Shown: in pieces, positions 32,565 through 42,128 of the stretch
Position numbering within the stretch: position 1 is the first letter of the stretch
Layout of the letters: each line of letters begins with the position of its first letter
NCBI GenBank assembly: GCA_963841435.1
Contig: CAWJCS010000005.1
Coordinates: forward strand, 1,728,001 to 1,792,000
Length of the DNA: 64,000 nucleotides
Direction of reading: 5' to 3'
Source: an uncultured delta proteobacterium
GTDB lineage: Bacteria > Myxococcota_A > Polyangia > Polyangiales > Polyangiaceae
Notes under the pieces: model-generated
What the model saw: the letters and a program-made list of their open reading frames with translations, nothing else
Told to the model about the DNA's origin: nothing
The model's database searches: none
Program-made: the position numbers and the translations under genes

Positions 32565-33211
32565 CAGAAGGGTCCGAGCACGCTGTTCTTCGCCGGTCGC
32601 TCGATCCCCGCCCAGGCGGCGACGCTCGGCCGCCGCCACACGGCTTCGGCGTAGTCGCGCAGGCGCCGGGGCACGGGGTCGCCGTTCTTGACGAGGCGCA
32701 TCACCGCGAACGCGAGGTCCGCGTCGGCGACGCAAAATTCGGCGAACAACGTGGTCCGCCCTTCGCCGAGCAGCGTGTCGGCGATGCGAACCAGCTTGTC
32801 GGCATCGGCCCGGGCTCGATCACCGAGCGGGGCATCCGCGCGCTCGAGAAACAGGCTGCTCGACGGTCGCTCCGCGCGGAGCGCCGTGATGTCGGAGCGT
32901 AGCCAGCCGAGCACCTGGCGAGAGCGCGCGCGCTCGTGCAAGTTGACGGGCAAGACGCGGGCGTGGGGCGGCGGCAACGTCTCTTCGAGGTACTCGACAA
33001 TCGCGAGTGACTCGCTGAGCGAAAAGTCGCCGTCCGTGAGCGTCGGCACGCGCGCCGTGAGCGAGCGCTCGACGAACTCGGGCGTGCGCTGCTCACCGCG
33101 CGACAGCCTCACGATGCGGAGCTCGAACGGCACGCCCTTCTCCGCGAGCGCCACGAACGCGGTGAACACGAAGGGGCTATCGAGATGCGACTCGCCGTAC
33201 AGCGTCAGCAT
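32564..33211 (-). CDS. Glutathione S-transferase (YfcF-like)
   Basis: SPFVFTAFVALAEKG, SLTARVPTL, LSESLAIVEYLEE, RARSRQVLGWLRSD, ADADLA. Confidence 0.92.
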   Translation of the reverse strand: MLTLYGESHLDSPFVFTAFVALAEKGVPFELRIVRLSRGEQRTPEFVERSLTARVPTLTDGDFSLSESLAIVEYLEETLPPPHARVLPVNLHERARSRQVLGWLRSDITALRAERPSSSLFLERADAPLGDRARADADKLVRIADTLLGEGRTTLFAEFCVADADLAFAVMRLVKNGDPVPRRLRDYAEAVWRRPSVAAWAGIERPAKNSVLGPF

Positions 33212-33840
33212 GCGGCGGAGCCTAACCCCGTGCGCTCTGCTCGGGGGAACATCGGTCGGCCGCGACGCCGCGGCGCGCGGCGAAGTGCCTCGCAGCCATC
33301 GCCGTCGCGCCTCCGTGAGCGGGCGTGCGCAGGGAACGGTCCCCGCCGCCATCGGCGCGCCTCCGAAGGTACGTTGTGCTGCGGCGGGCGCGGCTCGGGC
33401 GCGGCTCGTACGCGGCTCGTACGCGGCTCGTACGCGGGGTCGTCCCTCTGGCCCGCTGGTTCCGCGGAGGTCCGTCGGGTCAATGCATGCGCGGGCTTCT
33501 GCGCCGTCAACCTCATTTTGGCTGCGCCATTGGGTAACCGTGTTCAAGGGCTCGAATTGATTCATGAGTTCATGCTGCTCCGCAGCGCCACGCGCTCAGG
33601 TGGCCGAGTCAAACGACAATTTTCGCGGTTCCCGCCTCGCGCCGCCGCCACGCCAGGCATTTCACCCGACGGATCCACCGCGCTCCCCACACTCAGCCAC
33701 GAATGAAGAGCTCCGGAGGTGGACATCAGCGTGGCGCGCGGCGCGGCGTGACCGCGGTCCGAGCGGGCCGTTGTTCGCTGGTCGGCGCCGGGACGCCGCT
33801 TCGGGCGACGCCGTCCGTCGCCGGGGCGGCCCTTCGGGCC

Positions 33841-35049
33841 GTGGCGGGCTGGCGCACCGCCGCAGTGTGCACGCTCGCGGCTGGCGCCCTGCTCGTGTCG
33901 GCGTGTCAGCTCCCGGTTCTCGATGACGAACCCGGCACAGGCGGTAGCGCTGGCACCGCCGGTGCGGGTGGCGCCACGAGCGCCGGCGGCAGCAGCGGCA
34001 CGAGCGCCGGTGGCACGACGAACGCAACGGGCGGCACCGCAACGGGCGGCACCGCAACGGGCGGCACCGGCGGCACGATCACCATCGTCGAGCCGGGCGA
34101 CACGGGCGGCACCCTGTCGTCAGGCTCCGGCCTTGAGTTTCCCGGCATCGGAACGCCACCCACGATCCCGTGCTCGACGGCCGGCGACGGCCAGTCGGTG
34201 GCGTACGCCTTCTGCGATCAGGTCGTCTGGAACGTCGCGCCCGCAGCGCGCGTCCTCTACTCTTGGACGACGGCCGAGCAGGCCGCCGAGCTTCGTGCCG
34301 ACCGCGTGCTGCTCACGCGCACCGAAACACCGGGCCTCGGGCGCGGCTACGCCTTCACCTCGATCGACGAGCTTGCGGCACGCGGGAACGCCCCGGAAAA
34401 CCAGCTGCTCGCGAAGCTGAGCTCCGAGCTCTTCACCAAAGTTCGCTACGCCTGGCCGCACGCGTGGGCCACGCGCATGGGCTGGCCCGGCGAGGACTAC
34501 GGCGACCAGCTTTTGCGCATCGTGCTCAAGCCGGAAGCGTGGATCGTGGTCGTGAGCGATCGCGTGGGCATGGTCGTCATCGATCTACAAAACCAGATCG
34601 TCCCCATCGAGGATGCGCTCGCGAACAGTGAGCGCATCGGTGCCATCTTCTTTTACAAGGTCGACGTCACGGGCCAGGGGACATTCCACTCGTGCAGCGG
34701 CGGCTACCGCGAGTTCATCGTCGGCAACGAGGCCATGATCGAAGAGTGGTCCCTCGGCACGGAGCAAATTCGCGCCGAGCTCGAGCAAGACGCCGCCCGG
34801 CTCGAAGCTTTCTTCGAGCTCGTTCGTCCCGCGCCCCCGAGCCTGAGCAGCGCGACCTACAACGCGATCGTCGTCTGCAACTGGGACTTTGCACCGAGCG
34901 ACGACGTCGGCACGTACGAACGCTCCCTCTCGATCCCGAGCGACTACTACGTGCCCCTGCCCGCCGAGCTTGCGGCCCTCGTCGAAACGCTGCGCGCAAG
35001 CCTGTTCGAGCCCGATCCGCTCGTCGTTACCCCCGGAGGTTCGCCATGA
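33841..35049 (+). CDS. Lipoprotein with Gly/Thr linker and uncharacterised globular domain
   Basis: VSAC lipobox, TGGTA repeats, about 280-aa folded domain; overlaps the cytochrome gene start (ATGA). Start estimated. Confidence 0.7.
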   Translation: MAGWRTAAVCTLAAGALLVSACQLPVLDDEPGTGGSAGTAGAGGATSAGGSSGTSAGGTTNATGGTATGGTATGGTGGTITIVEPGDTGGTLSSGSGLEFPGIGTPPTIPCSTAGDGQSVAYAFCDQVVWNVAPAARVLYSWTTAEQAAELRADRVLLTRTETPGLGRGYAFTSIDELAARGNAPENQLLAKLSSELFTKVRYAWPHAWATRMGWPGEDYGDQLLRIVLKPEAWIVVVSDRVGMVVIDLQNQIVPIEDALANSERIGAIFFYKVDVTGQGTFHSCSGGYREFIVGNEAMIEEWSLGTEQIRAELEQDAARLEAFFELVRPAPPSLSSATYNAIVVCNWDFAPSDDVGTYERSLSIPSDYYVPLPAELAALVETLRASLFEPDPLVVTPGGSP

Positions 35050-37079
35050 CGCCCGCTCGCCCGAAGACCGTCGCCCTCGTCGGGGCCGTCACGCTCGGCG
35101 CCCTCACCGCCGCGTGCTCCGACACCGTGGCGCCGCGCCAACTCGTGCCGGCACCGCCCGCGACGACCGCCGGCACGACGGCGCCGCCCACGCCGACCGT
35201 CACGATCGCTCCCACGGCGACGACGACACCGCCGCCCCCCACGCCCAGCTCGACGACGACGACGATCACCCCGACGCCCGAACCGACCGCGACCGTCACA
35301 CCGATCGACGAGCGCCCGCCGCTCTTCGCCGATCCGGTGCGCACGGCACCCGCGGCCCCCATCGCGGGCGGCACCTTGCTGGTCACGCAAGACGGCACGA
35401 CGGCCGTCGCCGCCGACCCCGACCGCGACCAGGTCTTCCTCGTCAATCTCGCATCGCGCGCCGTGCGCTCCGTTTTCGTGCCGCCCGGCGACGAGCTCGG
35501 CCGCGTCCTCGAAGGCCCGCCCGGGCGCGTGTACGTCGCGGCCCGGCGCGGCGGCGTGCTGCTCGCCATCGACATTGCTGCCGCCACCGTCACGGGCCGC
35601 TACCCCGTGTGCAACGCGCCGCGCGGCCTCGCGTACGACCCACAGAACGGCCGCGTGCTCGTCGCGTGTCGCTCCGGGCACCTGGTCTCGCTCGACGCCG
35701 AAACGGGCGCCGTCCTCACGACGTGGGAGCTCGGCGAGGACCTACGCGACGTGCTCCTCGTCAACGGCTCGCTCATCGTCACGCGCTTTCGCAGCGCCGA
35801 GGTCCTGCTCGTCGATAGCGAGGGCGCCATCACGGCGCGTAGCGCCCCGCCCACGTCGAGCAGCCTCGTTCCCTCGGTCGCGTTTCGCGGTGTCGCCCTT
35901 CCGAACGGCATGATGCTCATGGCGCACCAGGTCGAAAGCAGCGCCCCGCTCGGCACGGGCTTCGGCGCCTACTACGGCGGCGGTTGCTCGGGCGGTGGCG
36001 TCGTCGAACAGGTGCTGAGCGTCGTCTCGCCCGACGGCACGCCGCTCCCCCTGCCCGAGCCCGGCAGCGAAACCGCATCGCTCGGCTTCGCTCCCACGGT
36101 GAGCGCGCCGACGGCGCCATTTCCCATCGCCTGGCGCATCATCGGCGGCGCGCTCGGCCCGCTCGACCTCGCCGTCACGCGTGACGGCAAGCGCGTCGCC
36201 GTCGTCGCGAGCGGCAACGCCTGGCTCGTGAAGAGCGAGCTACCGACGCTCTATGTCACCTCGCTCGACCTCGAGCACGACACGCCGCCCGCGGCCTTCA
36301 GCCAGGGCACGTGCAACGGCGCCGCCCTGCACGCGCGCTACCTCGCCGGCGAGCCCGTCGCCGTCGCCTTCGACGCCGCCGGCCGCTACGTCGTCCAATC
36401 GCGCGAGCCTGCCATGCTCGAGCTCGAGGGCGACATCTTCGTCCCGCTGAGCGACGAGTCGCACTTCGACACGGGCTTCGCCATGTTCCACATGAACTCG
36501 AGCGGGGGCATCTCGTGCGCCTCGTGCCACCCCGAAGGCGGCGACGACGGCCGCGTCTGGTCCTTCACGCAAGTGGGTTTGAGGCGGTCGCAGGCGCTCG
36601 AAGGTGGCGTCACCTCGCGCGCACCGTTCCACTGGTCCGGCGACCTCACGACCTTCGACGACCTCTTCAGCGAAGTGATGCTAAAGCGCATGGCCCTCCC
36701 GCTCACGCCGCCCCCCGAAGACGTGCAGGCGCTCGCCAGCTGGCTCGACACCGTCCCCGCGCTCGCCCCCGCCGACGGCCTCGACCCCCAAGAAGTCGAG
36801 CGCGGCCGCGCCCTCTTCGACGACACGACGATTGGCTGCGCCAAGTGCCACACGGGCCCCGCCTACACCGACAACCGCACCTACGACGTTGGCACCGGCG
36901 GAGACTTCGTCACCCCCTCCCTACTCGGCGTCGCCCTCCGCGCCCCCCTCATGCACGACGGCTGCGCCGCCGACCTCGCCGCCCGCTTCGGCCCCTGCGG
37001 CGGCGCCTCCCACGGCGACACAACGTCACTAACCCCCTCCGACCGCACCGCCCTCGTCACCTTCATGCGCTCACTGTGA
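35046..37079 (+). CDS. Beta-propeller plus di-heme cytochrome c peroxidase/MauG-like lipoprotein
   Basis: TAAC lipobox, Thr/Pro linker, YVTN-like repeats, two heme motifs CASCH and CAKCH, RAPFHWSG, TPSLLG...PLMHDG. Confidence 0.88.
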   Translation: MTPARPKTVALVGAVTLGALTAACSDTVAPRQLVPAPPATTAGTTAPPTPTVTIAPTATTTPPPPTPSSTTTTITPTPEPTATVTPIDERPPLFADPVRTAPAAPIAGGTLLVTQDGTTAVAADPDRDQVFLVNLASRAVRSVFVPPGDELGRVLEGPPGRVYVAARRGGVLLAIDIAAATVTGRYPVCNAPRGLAYDPQNGRVLVACRSGHLVSLDAETGAVLTTWELGEDLRDVLLVNGSLIVTRFRSAEVLLVDSEGAITARSAPPTSSSLVPSVAFRGVALPNGMMLMAHQVESSAPLGTGFGAYYGGGCSGGGVVEQVLSVVSPDGTPLPLPEPGSETASLGFAPTVSAPTAPFPIAWRIIGGALGPLDLAVTRDGKRVAVVASGNAWLVKSELPTLYVTSLDLEHDTPPAAFSQGTCNGAALHARYLAGEPVAVAFDAAGRYVVQSREPAMLELEGDIFVPLSDESHFDTGFAMFHMNSSGGISCASCHPEGGDDGRVWSFTQVGLRRSQALEGGVTSRAPFHWSGDLTTFDDLFSEVMLKRMALPLTPPPEDVQALASWLDTVPALAPADGLDPQEVERGRALFDDTTIGCAKCHTGPAYTDNRTYDVGTGGDFVTPSLLGVALRAPLMHDGCAADLAARFGPCGGASHGDTTSLTPSDRTALVTFMRSL

Positions 37080-37231
37080 CCCCCGCGCGCGGCGCGCACC
37101 GCGAGCGGCGGGTGTCGCGCTTGTTCCCGTTCGTCGCGTCGCCGCGCGACGCACCCGCGCACTTGCACGAGCTTTCGCAATGTCTCCGAGCCCGGATGCC
37201 GTAACCCGCCCCGGCGCCCCAAGCCCCCAGC

Positions 37232-37278
37232 TTGTCCACAGATAAAGGCTTGAGTTGCGGTCAATCATATGATATAGC
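37232..37278 (+). promoter_or_regulatory. Candidate sigma70 promoter/operator region upstream of the HUH transposase
   Basis: TTGAGT (37250-55), 17-bp spacer, TG-n-TATAGC (37270-78); palindrome ATCATATGAT (37264-73); DnaA-box-like TTGTCCACA (37232-40). Confidence 0.5.
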
Positions 37279-37288
37279 CCTAATCAAG

Positions 37289-38404
37289 ATGGCAATGGGG
37301 TCCAGGGCTGGGGCAAGCCGCTCACCAACGCGACCATCGAGCCCGCGGCCGGGCTCACGCCAGGCGCAAGCAGCTCGCCATCCACGCCCAGCGTCTCGAG
37401 CTCGCTCTTCGGACGCGGGCGGCGCGCCGCGGGGCGCGCCGCGAGCGCAGCTCGCGCTGCCGTTGTCTGGCGGATGGGGTGGCGCGCGTCCTGGTGCTGG
37501 TCGCAAGCCGGGGTCTCGCCGGGCGACGCCGCATCGCGCGCGTCCCGAGCACCGTTCGTATCAACCGGTGCACGTCACGCTGCGCGCGGCGCTCGGGCCC
37601 TTGCGCAGCCAGCACCTGTTCCCGACGGTGCGGCTCGCGCTCGTGCGCTCGGGTCGCGCCACGCCAGAGTCCTTTCGAATCGTGCAGTTCTCCGTGCAAA
37701 ACGACCATCTGCACCTCATCGTGGAGGCGCGCTCGAAACGCGCGCTGTCGAGCGGCATGCGCTCGCTTGCCATCCGCACGGCCCGCTACGTCAACGATCT
37801 TCTCCAACGACGCGGCCGCTTTTGGGCGGACCGCTGGCACGGTCGTGCGCTCACCTCACCGCGCGAGGTGCGCGCGGGGCTCGTCTACGTGCTCGCGAAT
37901 TTCCGCAAGCACGCGCGGCGTCCCCCGCCGCTCGGCATCGACCCGTGCTCCTCCGCCGCGTGGTTTGGCGGGTTTGCTGGCTATCACCCCGGGCGCGATC
38001 CCGTTCCGTACGCAAGCGGCCTGCCACCGCCCTCGCAGGGCGTCGGCGTGCCCGTGTCGCCCGCGCGCACCTGGCTCGTGACGACGGGCTGGCGTCGCCT
38101 CGCTCCGCTCGGGCTCGCCGAAGCGCCCGCAGGGCCGCGGGACGCTCGGAAGGCACGCGCCGTTCGGCAACCCCGAGCGCCGCGCCGCGAGTCACCGCCG
38201 CTCGCCGTGGCGCCGCGCCGCCCGCCGCCGTGTCCACCGCCGCACGAAGCAGGGCCCACACGCGGCGCGCCGACGCGTCGTGCGTCGCGCGCTCGACACG
38301 AGAGCCCGCCCAGCGACCACACCCCGCGCTCGTTGGCGGCGCTCGTCGCTCCGACCACGGGCCCCACGCGGCATTCGACGCGAACGCGCCGCGGCTCACC
38401 GTAA
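37289..38404 (+). mobile_element. HUH/Y1 transposase-like gene (RAYT / IS200-IS605 TnpA superfamily)
   Basis: PVHVTLR, FSVQNDHLHLIVEA (HUH), GRFWADRWH, YVLAN (catalytic Tyr), DPCSS; N-terminal GWGGARPGAGRKP; low-complexity C-tail; no tnpB nearby. Confidence 0.85.
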
Positions 38405-38428
38405 CCTCACGCACTTCATGGGCCTGCC

Positions 38429-38953
38429 ATGCCGCGCACCATCGAGAAACCCGAAGCCCTGACGCTCCTCGAGGCGAACCGACGAGCGCTGCTCGGCTCC
38501 GACGAAACGTGCGTCATGTGCGCGCTCGTCCGTCGTGCGTCAGGGAGCCCGGAGCTGCTCGCCGAAAGCGAGCATGGCGTCGCGCTGCTCGACCGCTTCG
38601 GCTCGCGTCCCGGGCACTCCATCGTCATTGCCCGCACACACGTCGAGGAAACGACGGCCCTCGGCTGGTCCGTCTACGCGGACCTGCAACGCCTCGCGTA
38701 CCAAGCCTGTGGCGCCCTGGAGCGCGAGCTCGCCCCGGCGCGCACGTTCGTCGCCGTGCTCGGGGCAAGCGCGCAGCTTCCCATGAGCTTTCCGCACTTT
38801 CACATCCACGTCCTTCCCGTCTTCGAAACGGGTGAAGGCGCGCGCCCGGCGCACGTCTTCTCGTGGAGCGCCGGCGTCCTCGTCTACGAAGACGACGAAG
38901 CCCGCACCCTCGCCGCGCGCCTCCGCTCCGCCTGGCCCACCGCGGCCTCTTAG
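38429..38953 (+). CDS. HIT-family hydrolase
   Basis: CVMC, PGHSIVI, HFHIHVLP histidine triad. Confidence 0.85.
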   Translation: MPRTIEKPEALTLLEANRRALLGSDETCVMCALVRRASGSPELLAESEHGVALLDRFGSRPGHSIVIARTHVEETTALGWSVYADLQRLAYQACGALERELAPARTFVAVLGASAQLPMSFPHFHIHVLPVFETGEGARPAHVFSWSAGVLVYEDDEARTLAARLRSAWPTAAS

Positions 38954-39135
38954 TGCCAAGAGCCCGCGATACGTTCGACAAATTCGGAGTTCACTCGCGG
39001 GACTCAGGTCACGAGCCACGAAACGGCCGCCAGGGCTGCCCCCGACCCGTCGGTGCTCGCCCCTGCGGGGCTGCGCGCCGCCGACCACCCCCAAATCGCG
39101 CGCTCGGCGCGCTCAGGGGGTGGTTCTCACGGTCC

Positions 39136-39681
39136 GTCGCCGTTCGCACGCCGTCCGTCGCCGAGCGTCGCTGTTCATGCGCGGCGCGGTTCGCCATCGT
39201 TAACTCGCTGTTCGCCGCCGCTTCGGGTCGTGCGTCCCCGAGCGTCGCCGTTCGCACGCCGTCCGTCGCGGTTCGCACGCCGTCCGTCGCCGCTCGCATG
39301 CCGCGCGTCGCGGTTCGCATGCCGCGCGTCGCCGTTCGCGCGCCGCGCGTCGCCGTTCGCGCGCCGTGCGTCGCCGTTCGCGCGCCGTGCGTCGCCGTTC
39401 GCACGCCGCGCGTCGCGGTTCGCCATCGTTCACTCGCTGTTCGCCGCCGCTTCGGGCCGTTCGCACGCCGCGCGTCGCCGCTCGCATGCCGCGCGTCGCC
39501 GTTCGCATGCCGTGCGTCGCCGTTCGCACGCCGCGCGTCGCCGTTCGCACGCCGCGCGTCGCCGTTCGCACGCCGCGCGTCGCCGCTCGCACGCCGCGCG
39601 TCGCCGCTCGCACGCCGCGCGTCGCCGTTCGCGCGCCGTGCGTCGCCGTTCGCGCGCCGTGCGTCGCCGTTCGCTCGCCGT
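39136..39681. repeat. Degenerate 21-bp tandem array (CGTCGCCGTTCGCACGCCGCG consensus), about 19-20 copies in blocks interrupted twice by a shared ~40-bp segment
   Basis: Units at 21-bp period from 39243 to 39410 and 39473 to 39681; segment GCGGTTCGCCATCGTT(A/C)ACTCGCTGTTCGCCGCCGCTTCGGG near 39186 and 39415. Confidence 0.93.
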
Positions 39682-39779
39682 ATTCCCGCCGGCTCGTCGC
39701 GTTGGTCGCGTGGCGCGTTGGTCGCGCGGGTGGCTGGGTCCGTGGTCGTGTGAGCGGCGCCTAACCGCCGCTCGCTGCG

Positions 39780-42128
39780 TCAGGGGCGCGTGCCGCGGGT
39801 CAGGAATTTGGGGCGGACGCGCAGGACGACGGCGGGGAGGAAGGCGACCGTGGCGGCGCTGCTCGTGACCATCGTGAGGGCGACGAGGACGCCGAGCAGG
39901 ACGTGCACTTTGAAGCCGGAAAGGGCAAGGCAGAGGTAGCCGCCGGCGACGGCGCTCGCGACGTAGGCAATCGCCTTTCCCGAGGTGGTGAGCGCCGTGG
40001 CGGTCGCTTCGCGTAGGTCTCCCTTGCGTTGGACCTCCTCGCGCACGCGAAACAAAAAGTAGACCGCGTAGTCGGCGCCGATGCCCACGGCCATGGCCGA
40101 GATGGCCGCCGTGCCCATCGAAAGCAAAATCCCGCTCCAGCCCATCAGACCAAGGTTCACGAGCGCCGCGGTGGCAAGCGGCAGGAGCACGAGGAAGCCG
40201 CCCGTGATCGAGCGCAGGAGCACCGACGTGATCACGACGACGAGCAACGCGATCTGGATGAGGTTGATGGTCTTGCCGCGTACCATCGTCTCGTTGAGCG
40301 CGATGGCGTTCGTGACGCCGCCGCCGACGGTGGCCTTCGCGGGCAGGCCCTTGAAAAGCTCGTCGGCTTTGGCCTGTGTCGCCACCGTCATCGCCTTCAT
40401 CTTCGTGTAGTCGTCGGTCTTAACGTACGCCGTGAGCACCGCGCGCTGAAAGTCGTGGTCGACGAGGCGGCTGAGGTCGTTTTCGTCGCCGGACATGCCG
40501 TAGAGCAGGAGGAACTGGGCCACGGCTTCGGGGCTGTCGGGCAGCGTCGCGGCGTTCGTGTCGTTGTTGATGACGCGGCTCATCTGCTTGAGCACGTCGA
40601 CGATCGACATCACCTTCCCGATCGGCAGCGGTTGATGCTGGATGAAGCTCGAAAGCTCGTCCATCTTGCGCAGGACCACGGGGTCCTTGATCGTGTCGGG
40701 GGCGTTGCCCTCGACGAGCACCTGAATCACGCGCGTGCCCGCCAAGCGCGAGTCGGCGAGTCTAAAGCCGCGCACGGGTGCGTTCGACTCGAAGAACTGC
40801 GCGCCCAGGCTGTTGCCCGCCTGCAGCCGGAAGGCCCCGACGGCCGCGACGGCGATGAGCACGCCGAACACCCAGAGAATCGGCCGCTCCTTGCCCGCCC
40901 GCACCGTCGCCGCGAGCTTTTCGAGGATGGGGTCGAAGTACTCCTCGCGCTTCTCGCGCTCGGTCTGACGCGCCGACGGAGGCGACATCAACATGCGCAC
41001 GGCGGGGATGAAGGTCATCTCCACGACGAGCGCCGCGACGATCCCGAAAGCGGTGCAGAGGCCGAAGTTCTTGATCGACGGCAGCCCGAACGCGGCGAGC
41101 GAGCCGAAGCTGAGCGACGCGATCGTCCCGGCGGCGAGCATCACGGCGCCGACCTTGGTCGTGGCCTCGATCACGGCGAGCCGGTTGTGCTCGACCGGGC
41201 TGAGCCCGGGCTCTGCTTCGCGCACGCGCGCGTATTCCTCGTAGTAGCGTTTGAGGATCTGCACGGAGTGCCCGGCGCCGATCGCGAGCAGGAGGATCGG
41301 CGTCATGATGTTCCACGGATCCATCGGGGCCTGGATGAGCCCCATCAGGCCGAGCGCCCAGACCACGCCCATGAGCGCCGTGACGAGCGGCACGATCATG
41401 CCCTGTAGCGTGCGGAAAGCCCGGTAGTGGAGATACCCGATCATGGCGAGCGCGAGCACGAACAGAAAGGCCACGCGCCGCGTGTAAATCAGCAGCCAAT
41501 AGAGGATGGTCGGCGCTCCTGCGGCCTTGATCTCGAGGCCCGGCTCGCGCTCGGCATTCAGGATCTTCTCGAGCTTGAGATAGAGGCCTTTGGCCCCTCC
41601 CGCCTTCTCGAAGTCGTCGAAGTCGACGAGCACGGCGGTCGCCCTCCCGTCGTCGCTCACGAGCAAGCTCGTGACGACGTTGTTGCGTTTCACCCGCGCA
41701 CGGAACGCGTCCACCTCTTCGGGCGTCTTCGGCACCGCGCTCGCGAGCGGCGTCACGTCGAGCGCGTCCTCGGTGCTGTTCACGTCCTTCACGCGGCTCG
41801 ACATGAGCGAGAGCACGCTGCCGCTCTTGGCGCCCGGAAGCTTCTCGAGCTCGTCGTTGATGCGCTTGACCTTGCCGAGGATCTTCGGCGTGTAGACGGT
41901 GCCGCTCTCGGGGTACACGCCGATGACGGTCATGTACTTTCCGCCGAAGAGCTTCTCGATGCGCTTGCCGACGATCACGAGCGGGTGCCCGGGCGGGATC
42001 TGCGCGTCGATGTCGAGCAGGACCTTGAGGTGCCCGATGAAGAAGCCGAGCACTAGAGTGATGGCGACGACCGCGGCCACGACAGCCTTGGGCGAGCCGA
42101 CGACGAACGTGACGTAGCGGCGCAGCAT
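39780..42128 (-). CDS. MMPL/RND-superfamily lipid transporter
   Basis: 782 aa with duplicated 1+5 TM architecture and two periplasmic domains; AIGAGHSVQ (TM4) and GIGADYAVY (TM10). Confidence 0.92.
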   Translation of the reverse strand: MLRRYVTFVVGSPKAVVAAVVAITLVLGFFIGHLKVLLDIDAQIPPGHPLVIVGKRIEKLFGGKYMTVIGVYPESGTVYTPKILGKVKRINDELEKLPGAKSGSVLSLMSSRVKDVNSTEDALDVTPLASAVPKTPEEVDAFRARVKRNNVVTSLLVSDDGRATAVLVDFDDFEKAGGAKGLYLKLEKILNAEREPGLEIKAAGAPTILYWLLIYTRRVAFLFVLALAMIGYLHYRAFRTLQGMIVPLVTALMGVVWALGLMGLIQAPMDPWNIMTPILLLAIGAGHSVQILKRYYEEYARVREAEPGLSPVEHNRLAVIEATTKVGAVMLAAGTIASLSFGSLAAFGLPSIKNFGLCTAFGIVAALVVEMTFIPAVRMLMSPPSARQTEREKREEYFDPILEKLAATVRAGKERPILWVFGVLIAVAAVGAFRLQAGNSLGAQFFESNAPVRGFRLADSRLAGTRVIQVLVEGNAPDTIKDPVVLRKMDELSSFIQHQPLPIGKVMSIVDVLKQMSRVINNDTNAATLPDSPEAVAQFLLLYGMSGDENDLSRLVDHDFQRAVLTAYVKTDDYTKMKAMTVATQAKADELFKGLPAKATVGGGVTNAIALNETMVRGKTINLIQIALLVVVITSVLLRSITGGFLVLLPLATAALVNLGLMGWSGILLSMGTAAISAMAVGIGADYAVYFLFRVREEVQRKGDLREATATALTTSGKAIAYVASAVAGGYLCLALSGFKVHVLLGVLVALTMVTSSAATVAFLPAVVLRVRPKFLTRGTRP

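Noticed and set aside
33391-33436. 11-bp GCGGCTCGTAC triple repeat as a regulatory site
   Set aside because: Short GC-rich slippage repeat with no supporting promoter context.
37232-37240. Replication origin suggested by a DnaA-box-like 9-mer
   Set aside because: Single box, no cluster or extended AT-rich unwinding element, no dnaA/dnaN nearby.
39136-39681. Possible CRISPR array or heptad-repeat protein gene
   Set aside because: The interrupting segments are near-identical rather than unique spacers. The ORFs lack a credible start and arise from a stop-free 21-bp period.
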